A stretch of DNA of 64,000 bases from the human T2T-CHM13v2.0 reference genome, Homo sapiens: contig CP086569.2 of assembly GCA_009914755.4 (NCBI GenBank), positions 6,208,001 through 6,272,000 of the forward strand, read 5' to 3'. Below the pieces are notes generated by a model. The model did not search any database. It saw nothing but the letters and a program-made list of their open reading frames with translations, and had not been told where the DNA came from. A program made the position numbers and the translations under genes. This document shows positions 14,604-27,010 of the stretch, in pieces. The stretch's first letter is position 1. Each line of letters opens with the position of its first letter.

Positions 14604-14912
14604 TCATAGATCTTGGGTGACCAGGTGCATAGTTAATAAGTAGTAATATTTTGAAAGAAATCTTATTTCTGAGCCATAGATCATAAAATTGGGTTTAAAA
14701 TATTTAATACACGATTCTGTAAATAGGTGGGCTTTCACCCAGGCTTCATTGTTCCATGTATAGAGCACAGCCTTAGTAGATTTAGCATAATTCTTAAAGA
14801 CCCAAGGATTTCCAGAATGGCAAATTAGATTCAGCTTCAACTTAAAGTCACTAGCTGCATTAGGCCATAACAAGAGATTCAGCCTGCCTTTTGAAGATTT
14901 GAAGCCAGACAC
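14604..14912 (-). pseudogene. Remnant of the Tigger1 pogo-like (CENP-B-related DDE) transposase ORF
   Basis: The track ORF MSGFKSSKGRLNLLLWPNAASDFKLKLNLICHSGNPWVFKNYAKSTKAVLYTWNNEAWVKAHLFTESCIKYFKPNFMIYGSE aligns residue by residue with the Tigger1 transposase segment [76 protein letters not shown]. The surrounding frames are broken by stop codons. Confidence 0.8.
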
Positions 14913-17900
14913 TGACTTCTCCTCCCTAGCGATGAAAGTCCTTTATAGCATCTTCTATCAATATAACCCTATTTTGTCTGTACTGAAAATCTGTTGTTTA
15001 GTGTCACCACCTTCATCAATTATTTTAGCTAGATCCTCTGAATAATGTGCTGCAGCTTTCACATCAGCCCTTACTGTTTTGCCTTACAGAGACGGCTTCT
15101 TTCCTTAAATCTCAAGAATCAAACTCTGCTAGCTTCAAACTTTTTCTTCTGCAGCTTCCTCGCCTTTTATAAGATTAAAGAGAGTTATGGCCTTTTTCTG
15201 AATTAGGCTTTGGCTTAAAGGAATGTTATAGCTAGTTTGATCTATCTAGATTACTAAAACTTTCTTCACATCAGCAATAAGGCTGTTTTGCCTTTTCATC
15301 ATGTGTGAATTCACTACAGTAGCACTTTTAATTTTCTTCAATAACTTTTCCCTTGCACTCACAAATTGATTAACTGTTTGTTGCATGAAGCACAGCTTTC
15401 AGCCTATCACATCTTTGCATATTTCTTCCACAGTAAGTTTAGTCATTTCTAGTTTCTTATTTAAAGTGAGAGATATGTTACTGTTTTTTTCCCACCAGAA
15501 CACTTAGAAGCCATTTTAGAGTCATTACTTGGCCTAATTTTAATATTCTTGTCTCTCAGAGAAGAGGGAAGACTAAAAAGAGGGAAAGTGAAATGGGAGT
15601 GGTGGGTTGATGGAGCAGTCGTAACACATTCATTTATTAAGTTCACTGTCTTATATGAGTGCAGTTCATGGTGCCTGCAAACAATTATAATAATAATAAT
15701 ATTAAAGATCACTGAGTACACTACTGCACACACAGGTCATTATGACAGATTTAATAATAATGAAAAATGTTTAATATATTTCAAGAATTACTAAAACATG
15801 ACACAGAGACATAGTGATCACATGCTGTTAGAAGTATGGTGCCAATAACATTGTTTGATGCAGGAGTGACATAGATCTTCCATTTTTAAAAATGCAATAT
15901 TTATTCTGGTTCAAAATACCTGACTAGAGACATTAGACATCTATGTTTTCCAGAAAACAAAGGACCAAATTATGAATAGACAATTATGCTACAAATAAAG
16001 CATCTAGGAGAGGAACACTAGAGTCCAACAGAGAAGTCATGGGAAACACCTGAAGCACAGAAAAAGATGGATGTCAGTAGCCAGCTCAGCTGACATTGGC
16101 TGAAGCCTAGAGGAGCTTGCTATTGCAGGTAAAGAGTAAATGAGGAAATGTTAGTAGTCCACATCACCACCATTAATAGTTGCAATCCAAACAACAGGGA
16201 GAGCTCCGCTACCCACAGAAATGCTGACTACCATTGTCAGTAATCTGGAGACCCTGTAAGAGCATTACACCAGACAGGGGATGTGTTCTTTGTCGCTCAC
16301 ACCCCAGACACCTAAGTGGTTGGATCAGGGCACGATTGTGAGAGCATAGCCATAATGGGACTGTATCCTGCCCTGGGGAGCCCCAGCCTCCATATCTCCA
16401 CATTCTGGGAGCTCCAACATATATCCCCCGGTGTAAACTCAGAGAGCTACAGTGGTACAGTGCTGGCTGAACCCAAAGGTGTCACAGGATTCTCAAGACT
16501 CTAGCCAATAGGGAGTACCACTCCCTGAGAATAGGACAGTGCAGCACACCAAAAGATGACCAAAGCACATGCTTTCCAGAGCCCAAGAGCTCTGGTGCTG
16601 TGAAAAGAGATTCTTTTCCCAGCAGTGGCACAAACTTTTGCTTGGACTGGCAGGCAAACAGTATGATCCCCTCTCCCACTTGGCACTCTGTCACAGCAGT
16701 TGCTGCAACTAGAAACCCAGGTTGGTGAGTCTGAAAGTTGACCCTCTGAGGCTGGAGGAAGTGACTCTACCTCAACCATCACAGTGGCCTCTGTGCTCAG
16801 TCTCCTCCGTAGAGAGAAGTACCCCCTTTTCTTCTCTGCACACTGCTGCAGCCACAGATGCTGCTGCTGCTACCAAGGACTGGGGTGAATGAGCAAAATT
16901 GCTGCCCGCCTGGGGTTGTGAGTAGTGATAGTCCTCCCACTGGTGGCATGGCCTCTGTGCTTGGGCTCACTCACAAAGAGTGGGGCCATTCCACACCTTT
17001 ACATGGTGCTGTCATGCTGTCACTGCTGCTTAGAGTGGGCAAGCATGAGAACTACTTGTCCAGGGCTTTGGGTGTTCAATCTGCATTGTAACAACTGCCA
17101 AGACCAGCACATACTGCACATTACCCACTCTATCCTCCTATAACTACTAGCCGTTGCCCACATCAAACTAGCTGCCCAGGGACCAGGGTAGCTTTTCATT
17201 CACTCAGCCCTCTCTTGCCACAACCAGCATTTGAGGACGCCTCTTTGAGACTCAAGAACTGGCTTGGCTGGTGCTGCTAACATTGGTAACAGTGTGTACT
17301 GTCCTGGGGCCCAAGAACAGGCATACTCAACCCTCCACTGCTACCACTAGGGCCTGATGACTGGCCGACATGGTATCCCCATCCCCAGGACAATTTTACC
17401 ATAGCCTCCATTAATAGCCACACTGTAGGCCACTGAAGAAATCACAGGTACATTGAGGTTGTTTATAGTGAAAAAACTCACAGGCAGACTACACAACTGC
17501 ACACACCTAGAATCAAAGCCAAAAGGGACTGCTCAACTGACACTATTGGTACATTTTTGGGAAAATGTCCCCTCTCATGAAAGCAAATTCAAAAAATTGG
17601 AGGAAGCAACTATTACACCATATGTGTAGATATCAATATAAAGACAGATAAAGCAAGAAAATATGATACTAGGAAAGAAATACAATAGTTCCCCAGTAAT
17701 ATACCCAATAAAAAAACATTGTCAAAATTCCAGAAAAAAAACATTCAAAATGGTACCAAATAAGCCCAGCAAGATAAAACATAATTCCTTAAAATAATCA
17801 AAGGAATTGGAAAAACAATTCATAATATAAATTAGAAATTTACCAAAAAAGAAAATATTATTTAAATGAACCAAACAGAAATCCTAGGATTGAAGAAGTC

Positions 17901-19089
17901 CTTGAATAAAGAACAATGTATACTCAAAATCTTCAAAAATAAGCTAAATGAAGCAGAAGAAAGAATCTCATAACTTGAGCAAAGATCTTTTGAAATGACA
18001 CAGTGAGACAAAAATAGTGAAAAAATAAATTAACAAAGCCTTCCTGATATATGAGACACCATAATGCCATCAAAAATATGAATTATCAGTATCTTCAAAG
18101 GTAGAAAGGAAGAGAAAATGAAGGTTTTCAAAAACATATTTAATGAAATAATAGATAATAACTTTACATGTGTAGCAAGAGATGTAGACATTGAGATACA
18201 ATGGGCTCAATGATATGCAAACAGATACATTGCAAAAAGGTATTTTTCATGGAACATTACAGTCTAACCGTCTGAGGTCAATGACAAAGAGAAAATTCTA
18301 AAAATAGCAAGAGAAAAACAACTAGTCACCTATAAAGGAGCTCCAATCAGACTAACAGCAGACTTCTCAGCAGAAACCTGACAGGCCAGGAGAAAATGGA
18401 ATGATATATTCAAAGTGCCGAATGAAAAAAAATAATCTGCCACCAAAGGATACTTTATTTAGACAAATTATCGCTTGTAAGTAAGGGTGAAATAAAGACT
18501 TTGCCAGACATGCAAATCCTGAGGAAATTCATCACCACTAGGCTGACCTGACAAAAAATATTTAAAGGAGTTTTAATTCTAAAAGCAAAAGGATGATGGT
18601 TACTATCGATAACATGTTAGTATAAAATTCACTAGTAAAGTAAACACACAAATTAAGAAGAGAAAAGACTCAAATGTTACCACCCCAGGACACCAGTGAA
18701 CCACAAGGGCAAACAATAAGAGAAGAAAAGAAAAGAAAAAAAAAGAATATATGAAACAACTAGAAAATGATTATCAATATGATATGAAAAAATCTACTAT
18801 ATCAATAATACCCTTGAAGGTTAAATTCTCCACTTAAAAGATATAGACTAGCTGAATGGGTAACAAAAAATAATTCAACAATATGCTGCTTACAAGAAAT
18901 ATGCCTTACCTGTAAAGACACATAGAGACTAAAAATAAAGAAGTGGAAAAAGATATTCCATGCAAATGGAAAATAAAAGTGGACAGGAATAGCTATATTT
19001 ATGTCAGATATAACAGACTATAGGTCAAAAACAGTAAAAAAAAAGGCAAAGAAGATAATTATACAATGATAAAGGGATTAATCCAGCAA

Positions 19090-19450
19090 AAGGACATAAT
19101 AATTCAATTTTTAGTCTGTATTTTGTTCAGATCTCCTCTGATTATTATTGATTTTCTTCTGTTAATTTGGGGTTTGGTTTGTTCTTGTTTTCTAGTTATT
19201 TGAGAGGCATCATTAGACTGCATAATTGAAATTTATCTTTTTATGTGTTTTTATGCTGTATCCCACAAGTTTTGGTATGTTGTGTTTCCATTTTCACTTA
19301 TATTAATTTTTTAACATTTTTATCTAAATTTCTTTATTGACCAAATAATCTCTTTCAAGAGCATGTTAATTTCTATATATTTGTATAGTTTCCCAAATTC
19401 TTCTTGTTATTTATTTCTATTTTTATTTATATATATGCAGCCAGTATTGG
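19090..19450 (-). mobile_element. Inverted L1 ORF2 fragment embedded in the large L1
   Basis: The reverse complement reads ...gtgaaaatggaaacacaacataccaaaacttgtgggatacagc...gaacaagaacaaaccaaaccccaaattaacagaagaaa, the L1 ORF2 ...NENxNTTYQNLWD...EQTKPKxxRRKE region. The same region is also present in direct orientation at about 19900-20110 with different substitutions. Confidence 0.7.
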
Positions 19451-21104
19451 AACATCTAGATTTAAAAAGTAAATATTACTAAATCTTAAAAAAAAGACTC
19501 CAATACAATAATAACAGGAGACTTTAATACCTCACTCTCAGCGTTTGATGCACAATCTATACAGAAAATTAACAAAGAAACATTGAAGTCAACTTGGACT
19601 TTAAGGAAAATGTACCTAACAGACATTTACAGAATGTTGTATCCAACAACTGCAGAATGCACATTTTTCTCATGAGTACATGGAACATTTTCCAAGATAG
19701 ATCATATGTTATGCCACCAAATGAGTCTCAACAAATATAAAAAAAAAATCAAACCTATATCAAGTATCTTCTCATTCCACAATGGAATAAACCTAGAAAT
19801 CAGTAACAAGAACTTTGGAAATTATGCAAATACTTAGAAATTAAACGACGTCCTCTTCAAAGAGATCATTGGCCCAATGAAGAAACTAAGATGGAAAGTT
19901 TAAAAAATATATTTAACTAAATGAAAATGGAAACACAGCCTACTGAATTTGTGGGATACAGCAAAAGCAGTGCTAAAGGGAGGTTTAAACAGACAAATTT
20001 CAAGTAAGCAACATAATGATGATTTCAAAGAACTAGAAAAGCAAGAACAAACCAAATCCCAAATTGACAGAAGAAATAACAAAGATCAGAGGAAACCTAA
20101 ACAAAATTCAGAGTAAAGAAATACAAATAATTAATGAAAAGTTGGTTCTTTGAAAAGATAAACAAAATTAATAAACTGCTAACAATACTAATCAAGCATA
20201 CCCAAATAACAAAATCAACAATGAAAAAGTAGATGTTACAGCTAATACTACATAAATACAAAAGAACATCGGAGACTATTAGGAACAACTATAAACTGAC
20301 AAAGTAAAAAACTGAGAGTAAATGAATAAATTTCTTGAAACAAACAACCTACCAAGATTGGATCGGAAAAAAAAAAACCAACAAGAAAATGTGAGCAGAC
20401 CAATATTGAGTAATGAAATTATATTAGTAACAGAAAATCTCCCCTCTCCCCAGAAAAGTCCAGGATTAGATGAGTTCACTGTTGAATTTTACCAAACATA
20501 TGAAGAAAAACTAATAATACCAATTCTACTCAAACTATTCCTAAAAATTGAAGAGGAGGATATTCTCTCTAACTTACTCCATTAGGCCATCATTACCCTG
20601 ATACCAAAAGCAAATCAAGACACCACAAAAAAGAAAACCACAGGCTAATATCCCTGATGAACATAAAAGTAAAAATACTCAACAAATACTAGCTAACTGA
20701 ATCAAACTGCACTTCAATAAAAAGTACATCATGATCAAGTGGGATTTATTTCAGAGATGCAAGTATGGTTCAACAGGTGCAAATCAATAAACACGATACA
20801 TTACATCAACAGATTGAAGAAAAAAATATGATCCTCTTAGCAGACAAAGAAAAAACATTTGACAAAATTTAACAACCTTTCATGGTAAACTCTTTCAACA
20901 ACTAGACCAAGAATAACCATATTTCAAAATAATAAAGGACATATATGACAAAGCTACAAGTAACATTGTATTAGGATAAAGTTGAAAGCAATTCCTCTAA
21001 CAACTGGAATAAGAGAAGAATGCCCACTTTCACCACTGCTATTTAACATAGTGCTAGAAGTGCTAGCTAGAAGAAATCAGGCCAAAAAAAAATGCAAGGC
21101 TTTT

Positions 21105-21410
21105 AGGGCTCTTTTTTAGTTTTATATGAATTTTAGAATGTTTTTTTCTGATTCTGTGAAAAATGATGTTGGTATTTTGATAGGAATTGCATTGAATTTG
21201 TAGATTGCTTTGGGCAGTATGGTCATCTTCACAGTATTGATTCTTTCAACCCATGAGCATGTGATGCATTTCCATTTGTTTGTATCATCTATGATTACTT
21301 TCAGCAGTGTTTTGTAGTTGTCCTTGTAGAGAGCTTTCACATCTTTGGTTAATAATTTTCCTAGGCAGTTTTTTTGCAACGATTGTAAAAGGAAATTAGT
21401 TATTGATTTG
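21105..21410 (-). mobile_element. Inverted segment of the same L1 ORF2 (reverse-transcriptase region)
   Basis: The minus-strand track ORF 21122-21379 is [74 protein letters not shown], which equals L1 ORF2 ...[56 protein letters not shown]..FFTELEK.ILKFIW. The plus strand upstream ends at ...[10 protein letters not shown]-equivalent and resumes downstream at ...[19 protein letters not shown]-equivalent. Confidence 0.8.
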
Positions 21411-22478
21411 GCCTAAGCAAAAAGAACAAATCCAGAGGCAATCACATTACCTGACTTCAAATTATGCCACATGGCTATAGTTATCAAAGCACCACAGTAC
21501 TGGTATAAAAATAGACACAAAGACCAATGGAGCAGAATAGAGAACTCAGAAACAAAGTCAAATACTTACAACCAACTAATCTTCAATAAGTCATTCAAAA
21601 ACATAAATTGAAGAATGGACACCCTATTTAATAAATGGTGCTGGGGAAACTAGATAATTACATGTAGAAAAATAAAACTGTATCCCTATCTCTCACCTTA
21701 TACAGAAATCAACTTAAGATGGATCAATGACTTAAACCATAAAAATTCTGGAAGATTACCTAGGAAAAACTTTTCTAGACATTGGCCTAGGCCAAGAATT
21801 TATGATTAAGACCCCAAAAGCAAATGCAATAGAAATAAATAAGTGGGACCTAATTAAACTAAAAAGCTTCTGCACAGCCAAAGAAATAATCAGCTGAGTG
21901 AACAGACAACCCACAAAGTGGGAGAAAATCTTTGCAAACTATGCATCCAACAAAGGGCTAATATCCAGAACCTACAAGGAACTCAAAGAAATCAGCAAGA
22001 AAAAAACAAGTAATCCCGTAAAAAACTGGGCAGATTACGTAAATAGAAATTTTTCAAAAAAAGATATACAAATGACCAACAAACATATGAAAAAATGCTC
22101 AACATCACTAATTATTAGGGAATGCATATTAAAACCACAGTAAATACCACCTTACCCCAGCCAGAATGGCTATTACTTAAAGAGTCAAAAACAATAGATG
22201 CTGGCATGGATGGGAGGAAAAGGGAATGCTTATACAATGCTGGTGGGAATGTAAATTAGGACGACCTTCATGGGAAAAAGTATGGATATTTATCAAAAAA
22301 CTAAAAGTAGATATACCATTCTGTCTAGCAATCCCCCTACTGGGTATCTACCCAAAGGGAAAGAAGTCATCATATCCAAAAGACATCTGTAGTTTATGTT
22401 TATTGCAGCACAATAAACAATTGCAAAGATATGGAACCAACCTAAATGCCCATCAACAAATGAGTGGATAAAAATGTC

Positions 22479-22483
<5 letters not shown>

Positions 22484-22526
<43 letters not shown>
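22484..22526. repeat. (TA)n microsatellite, about 21 pure units
   Basis: Uninterrupted tata run inside the L1 3' region. Confidence 0.95.
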
Positions 22527-22528
<2 letters not shown>

Positions 22529-22944
22529 ATAGAATACTACTCAACAATAACAAAGAATGAAATAATGTTTTTTGCAGCAACTTAGATGGAGCTGGAGCTC
22601 ATTACTCTATGTGAAGCAACTCAAAAATGAAAAATCAAATACTGTATGTTCTCACTTACAAGTGGAAATTAAACTATGGGTATGCAAGGGCAGACAGATA
22701 GCTATAATGGACTATGGAGACTCAGAAGGAAGAGTCAGAAGGGGTAAGTGATAGAAAATTACATATTGTATACAGTATGCACTACTTGGGTGATAAGTGC
22801 ACTAAAATCTCAGACTTCATCATAATACAATTCATCCATGTAACCAAAAGCCACTTGTACCCCCAAAGCTATTGAGATAATAAAATTAGAAAATTTAAAA
22901 ATAAAAAAAATTAAATACATGGCTAGTTTCTATGTGCTAAAAAA

Positions 22945-24995
22945 AGAAACGAAACACTTCCAAATTGGAAAAAAGGAAATAAAACTGTCCCTCTTTGCAA
23001 ACAACATGATAGTATGTCTACACAAATGTAAAGACTCTACCAAGAAACTTTTAGAAGTGATAAATACAGTGAAGTTTTAGGATACAAAATTAACATTAAA
23101 ACACAGGAGCATTTCCATATAGCAATAATGAAATATCCAAAAAAGAAATCAAGAAGGAAATTTTATTTACAATGCTAAAGAAAATAAAGTACCCAGGAAT
23201 AAATTTAACAATGAAGGTGGTGTTATAAGGAAAACTACAAAATACTGATGAAAGAAATTGAAGAGGACACAAACAAATTGATAAACATCCCATGTTTGTG
23301 TATCAAAATTGATATCATTAAAATTACCATACTACCCAAAGCAATCTACAGATTCAATACAATCCATATCAAAATACTAAAATCATTTTTCACAGAAATG
23401 GAAAAAAATCCTAAAACTTATATGGGAAAACAAGCCAGAATAGTCAAGCAATCCTAAGCATAAAGAACAAAATTGGAGGCATCACAGTACCTGACTTAAA
23501 AACAGATTACAAAAATATAATAACCAAAAGAGCATGATATTGGTATAAAAATAGATACAGACCAATGAAACAGAATAGACGACAGAGAAATAAATCCACA
23601 TATTTACAGGCAACTGATCTTTGACAAAGCTGCCAAGAACATACACTGGGGAAGGAAAACCTTCTTCCATAAATGGTGCTGGAAAAATTGGATAACCAGA
23701 TACAGAAGAATGAAACTGGACCCCATCTCTCACCATATACAAAAGTAACCTCAAAATGGACTAAAGACTTAAATGTAAAAGTCAAAACTATAGCAGTAGA
23801 AAACATAGGGAATATGCTTCAGGAATTGGTCTAGGCAAAATTTTTATAACTAAGACCTCAAAAGAACAGGTAACAAAAATAAAAACAAATGGGACTATAT
23901 TACACAAAAAAGCTTTGGTTGAGCAGAATAAATTATCATCAGAGTGAGGAGACAACCTCTTAAGTAGGAGAAAATGTTTTCAAATTACTTATCCAACAAG
24001 GGACTCAACAACTAAACAATAAAACAAATGCATCAATTAAAATGGCTATGTGTCACGCATAGACATTTCACAAAGGAAGACATAAAAATGGCCAACAGGC
24101 ATATGAAAAATGCTCAACATCATTAATCACCATGGAAATGCAAATCAAAATCCCAACAAAGTATCATCTCACACCAGTTAGAATGAGGATTACTAAAAAG
24201 GCAAAAAAGAAAAAAAAAAAGCAGCTGCTGGTGAGGATGCCGAATAAAGGCAACTCTTACACACTCTTGGTGTGACTGTAAATTAGTACAACCAGTATGG
24301 AAAACAGTATGAAGATTTCTCAGACAGTTAAAAAGAGAGCTACTATATGACCCAACATAGTCAGTACTGAGTATCCATTCAAAGGAATGGAAACCAATGT
24401 ATCAAAGAGATACCTGCACTCACAGGTTTATGATAGCATTATTCACAATAGTAAAGGTATGAAATCAAGCTTAGTGTTTACCAATGCTATTTAGCCATAA
24501 ACAAGAATGAAGCCTTGTCATTTTCAGCAACATGAATCGAACTGAAGGTCATTATGTTAAGTGAAATAAACCAGACACAGAGTGACAAATAATGTATGTT
24601 CTCACTCTTATGTGGGAGGTAAAAAAACAACCTCATGGACATAGAGAATTGAATGATACTTATCAGAGACTGGGAAGGGTTAATGGAAGGAAGGGTAGAT
24701 GAAGAGAGATTAGCTACGGGTACAAAAGTGCAGTTAGATAGAAGAAATAAATTGTAATGTTTGATAGCAGGTTAGGATAACTATAGTTAGCAACAGTATT
24801 ATGTATATTTTAAAGTAACCAGAAGAGGGGACTTTAAATAATACAAACACAGAAAAATGATAAACACTAAAGGTGATAGATATTCCAAGTACCCTGACTT
24901 GATCATTACACATACTGTACATGTAACAAAAACTCACATGTAGCCCATAAATATGTAAAATATTATATATATATACCAATAAAAGATTTAAAAAT
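22945..24995 (+). mobile_element. Second L1 copy, 5'-truncated, directly downstream of the first L1 tail
   Basis: Begins within the ORF2 RT region (gtccctctttgcaaacaacatgatagt = SLFADDMI...) and runs through the C-terminal region to a 3' end ...catgtagcccataaatatgtaaaatattatatatatataccaataaaagatttaaaaatgc. It repeats ORF2 regions already present in the upstream copy, so it is a separate element. Confidence 0.75.
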
Positions 24996-26970
24996 GCAAT
25001 ATCTGTGAGGTACAATAAAATGAAGTGCAATAAAACTAGGTATTCCTGCAATAGTTTGGAGGTGGAAAAAATTAATGACAGAGAGACAAGTTAGAAGGCT
25101 TAAAAAAAAGACTGGGAAAAAGAAGTTAGAACTACGGCAGTGACAATGAAGGTAGACAGGGGCAAGAAGAATAATACACATTTGGGAGTGTGATTGATAA
25201 GAACTGATAACTTACTAAATATGGCGAAAGATGAAATTGTCAAAGATGACTCAGTTTTTTGCATTGAAGAGGAATAAATTGCATTGTGATGATTCCTAAA
25301 AGACGTTTTTCTCTCACTGAATGTAAACAACTTGTTAACAGGAATGTGTCATTTTGTACTTGTTACTTTCCTTATCTGTGAAACAGAAAATATTATCTAC
25401 TATGAAGGTTATCTGCTATGAAGGTTAAAAAAAATGTCAAGGTAAAGTATTTCCTTTGTTGTTCAATAAAATTTAGCAATAATTATTATAATTGTCCACT
25501 TCTCTGCCTTTTCCAGTATTTTGGTCTGACAAGACTGGTTACTTTTTGGGACCAGGGCTCCTGTGTTGCAAAACTCTAGGATCATCAGTCACATCACAGT
25601 GTATAGGAGAAGTGCCCTTGTAGTTGTTCTATGCCACAGTTTGAGCCGCCAAATGCAGTGAACCTGCATAGGTCACTTCATATCATGCATCTGGCTTCAG
25701 GGCAGCAGCAGTTGCCGAGCAGGCTCCAAATGCTCTGCCCTGAGTTACTTTAGTTATATAAAATTTATTCCTGAACCCAAACACCTGGGAAGAAAATTCC
25801 TTACATATTTTTAATGCAGGCATATTCTCTTGGTACCAAAAGGCAATTTTACAACAAAATGAACACTACTACTTCTCCACAAAGTACTTTTTATCTGTGT
25901 ATTATGAATCGTTATAAGGCATAGCTCTGAAATACATTGAGTGAATAAAAGAAGAGCCTTATTGAATAAAGTCTTGATTAGAAAAATGTGTAATATTATT
26001 ACATATGTTTAGAATCTGATAAGAACATACTATGAGCCAGTGTCTTTTTAGTGCTACATTATTTACTGATGGTAAATTTATGGAGACATAAATTCAGATT
26101 GCTGGAACAAGATGGGGAACTCCAATTCCAGGAACCTTATCAAAATCTCTTTGCTTGATTATGTCGAGCATTTCAGAAATTATCTACTGTCATCAGTGCA
26201 GAACTTGTAAGTGAGGATGTCTTTTTAAAATTCTAATAATTTAATGATGGAATGGGCTTCCATGCATAGCTGCAAACTCCTTATACCTGGAAATATTCAA
26301 ATATTATATGATATCGTCTCGGGGATGCTATAATGATGATTCGTGAATTTTAGAGTGGAATGGAGATGTCCTCTAGGTTACCTTCTAAATCCAGAATTTT
26401 ATTCTTTAATTAGAGAAAGTTAAGAAATATAAAAAATGATTAATATGTCACTTCTACCTGTATTTTCTCCGTTTGTAATTTTATCTGTTTTCTAGGCTTT
26501 AAATGCTTAATAAATGCTAGTGATTCCCAGATCTGCAAGTCTAATCCTTATCTATTATCAGAACTCTAGGCTCTAAGATCCATCTTCCTATTTGACATTT
26601 CTCCTGGAATACCTACTGTATACCTTACATTTAATATGGCTAGAACAAAAGTATTGATTTCAACTCTCTTATCCTGCCCCTTTCTTTATGTGAATTATAA
26701 AAATGGAATCCTGTTTTTAAGATACGATTATTATAAGAAAAAGTATGATATACACATAGTATTAAAATAGGACACTTTTCTGCAATCTGTAAAATGTTTC
26801 CCAAACAAATGTCAAAACATGCAATGCCTAAGTTGAGAATGGTGCTTCTCTAGGGATGTGCAGGGAACAAACTGAATAACCAAAGTAGCAGGCCTTTTAC
26901 TTCCATTAATTTCTCTTTCTGTGTTTCCCATCTCAATAAATGCAACTAGATTTCAATCTACTGGTAAAGT

Positions 26971-27010
26971 AAAAAAAAAAAAAAAAAAAACTTTGATTCC
27001 TTTTTTTTTT
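26971..27010. repeat. A20 tract and T10 tract separated by 10 nt
   Basis: aaaaaaaaaaaaaaaaaaaactttgattcctttttttttt forms an inverted-complementary homopolymer pair with hairpin potential. Confidence 0.9.

Larger units (their letters stand above)
13451..15935 (-). mobile_element. Tigger1 (pogo/Tc1-mariner superfamily) DNA transposon, about full length, sense on minus strand
   Basis: Left terminus caggcatacctaggagatattgcaggtttgg...ttccagaccaacacaataaagc equals the Tigger1 end caggcatacctcggagatattgcgggttcggttccagaccaccgcaataaagcg. Near the right end, tgatctttaatattattattattataattgtttgcaggcaccatgaactgcactcatataagacagtgaacttaataaatgaatgtgt (read on the minus strand) matches the Tigger1 5' region. 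Length about 2.4 kb matches the 2.4-kb element. The conceptual translation of 14604-14912 (minus) matches the transposase. Confidence 0.85.
15990..22915 (+). mobile_element. Old L1 LINE (L1PB/L1MA-like), near full length
   Basis: Recognisable 5' UTR, ORF1 and ORF2 remnants. ORF2 endonuclease, RT and C-terminal motifs are recognisable in frame-shifted form: tracks 20322-20585, 21898-22143 and 22226-22471 translate to LPRLD.., [27 protein letters not shown] and CWWECKLGRPSWEKVW. The 3' end is ...taaccaaaagccacttgtacccccaaagctattgagataataaaattagaaaatttaaaaataaaaaaaa. Many stops and frameshifts. The GC-rich 5' UTR-like region is 15990-17470. Confidence 0.78.

Noticed and set aside
16209-17143. 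Several 60-93-aa ORFs on both strands in a GC-richer block
   Set aside because: The block is interpreted as old-L1 5' UTR. The frames overlap on both strands and contain CAG/CTG-repeat-derived poly-Q/poly-L runs, so this is not a coding signature.
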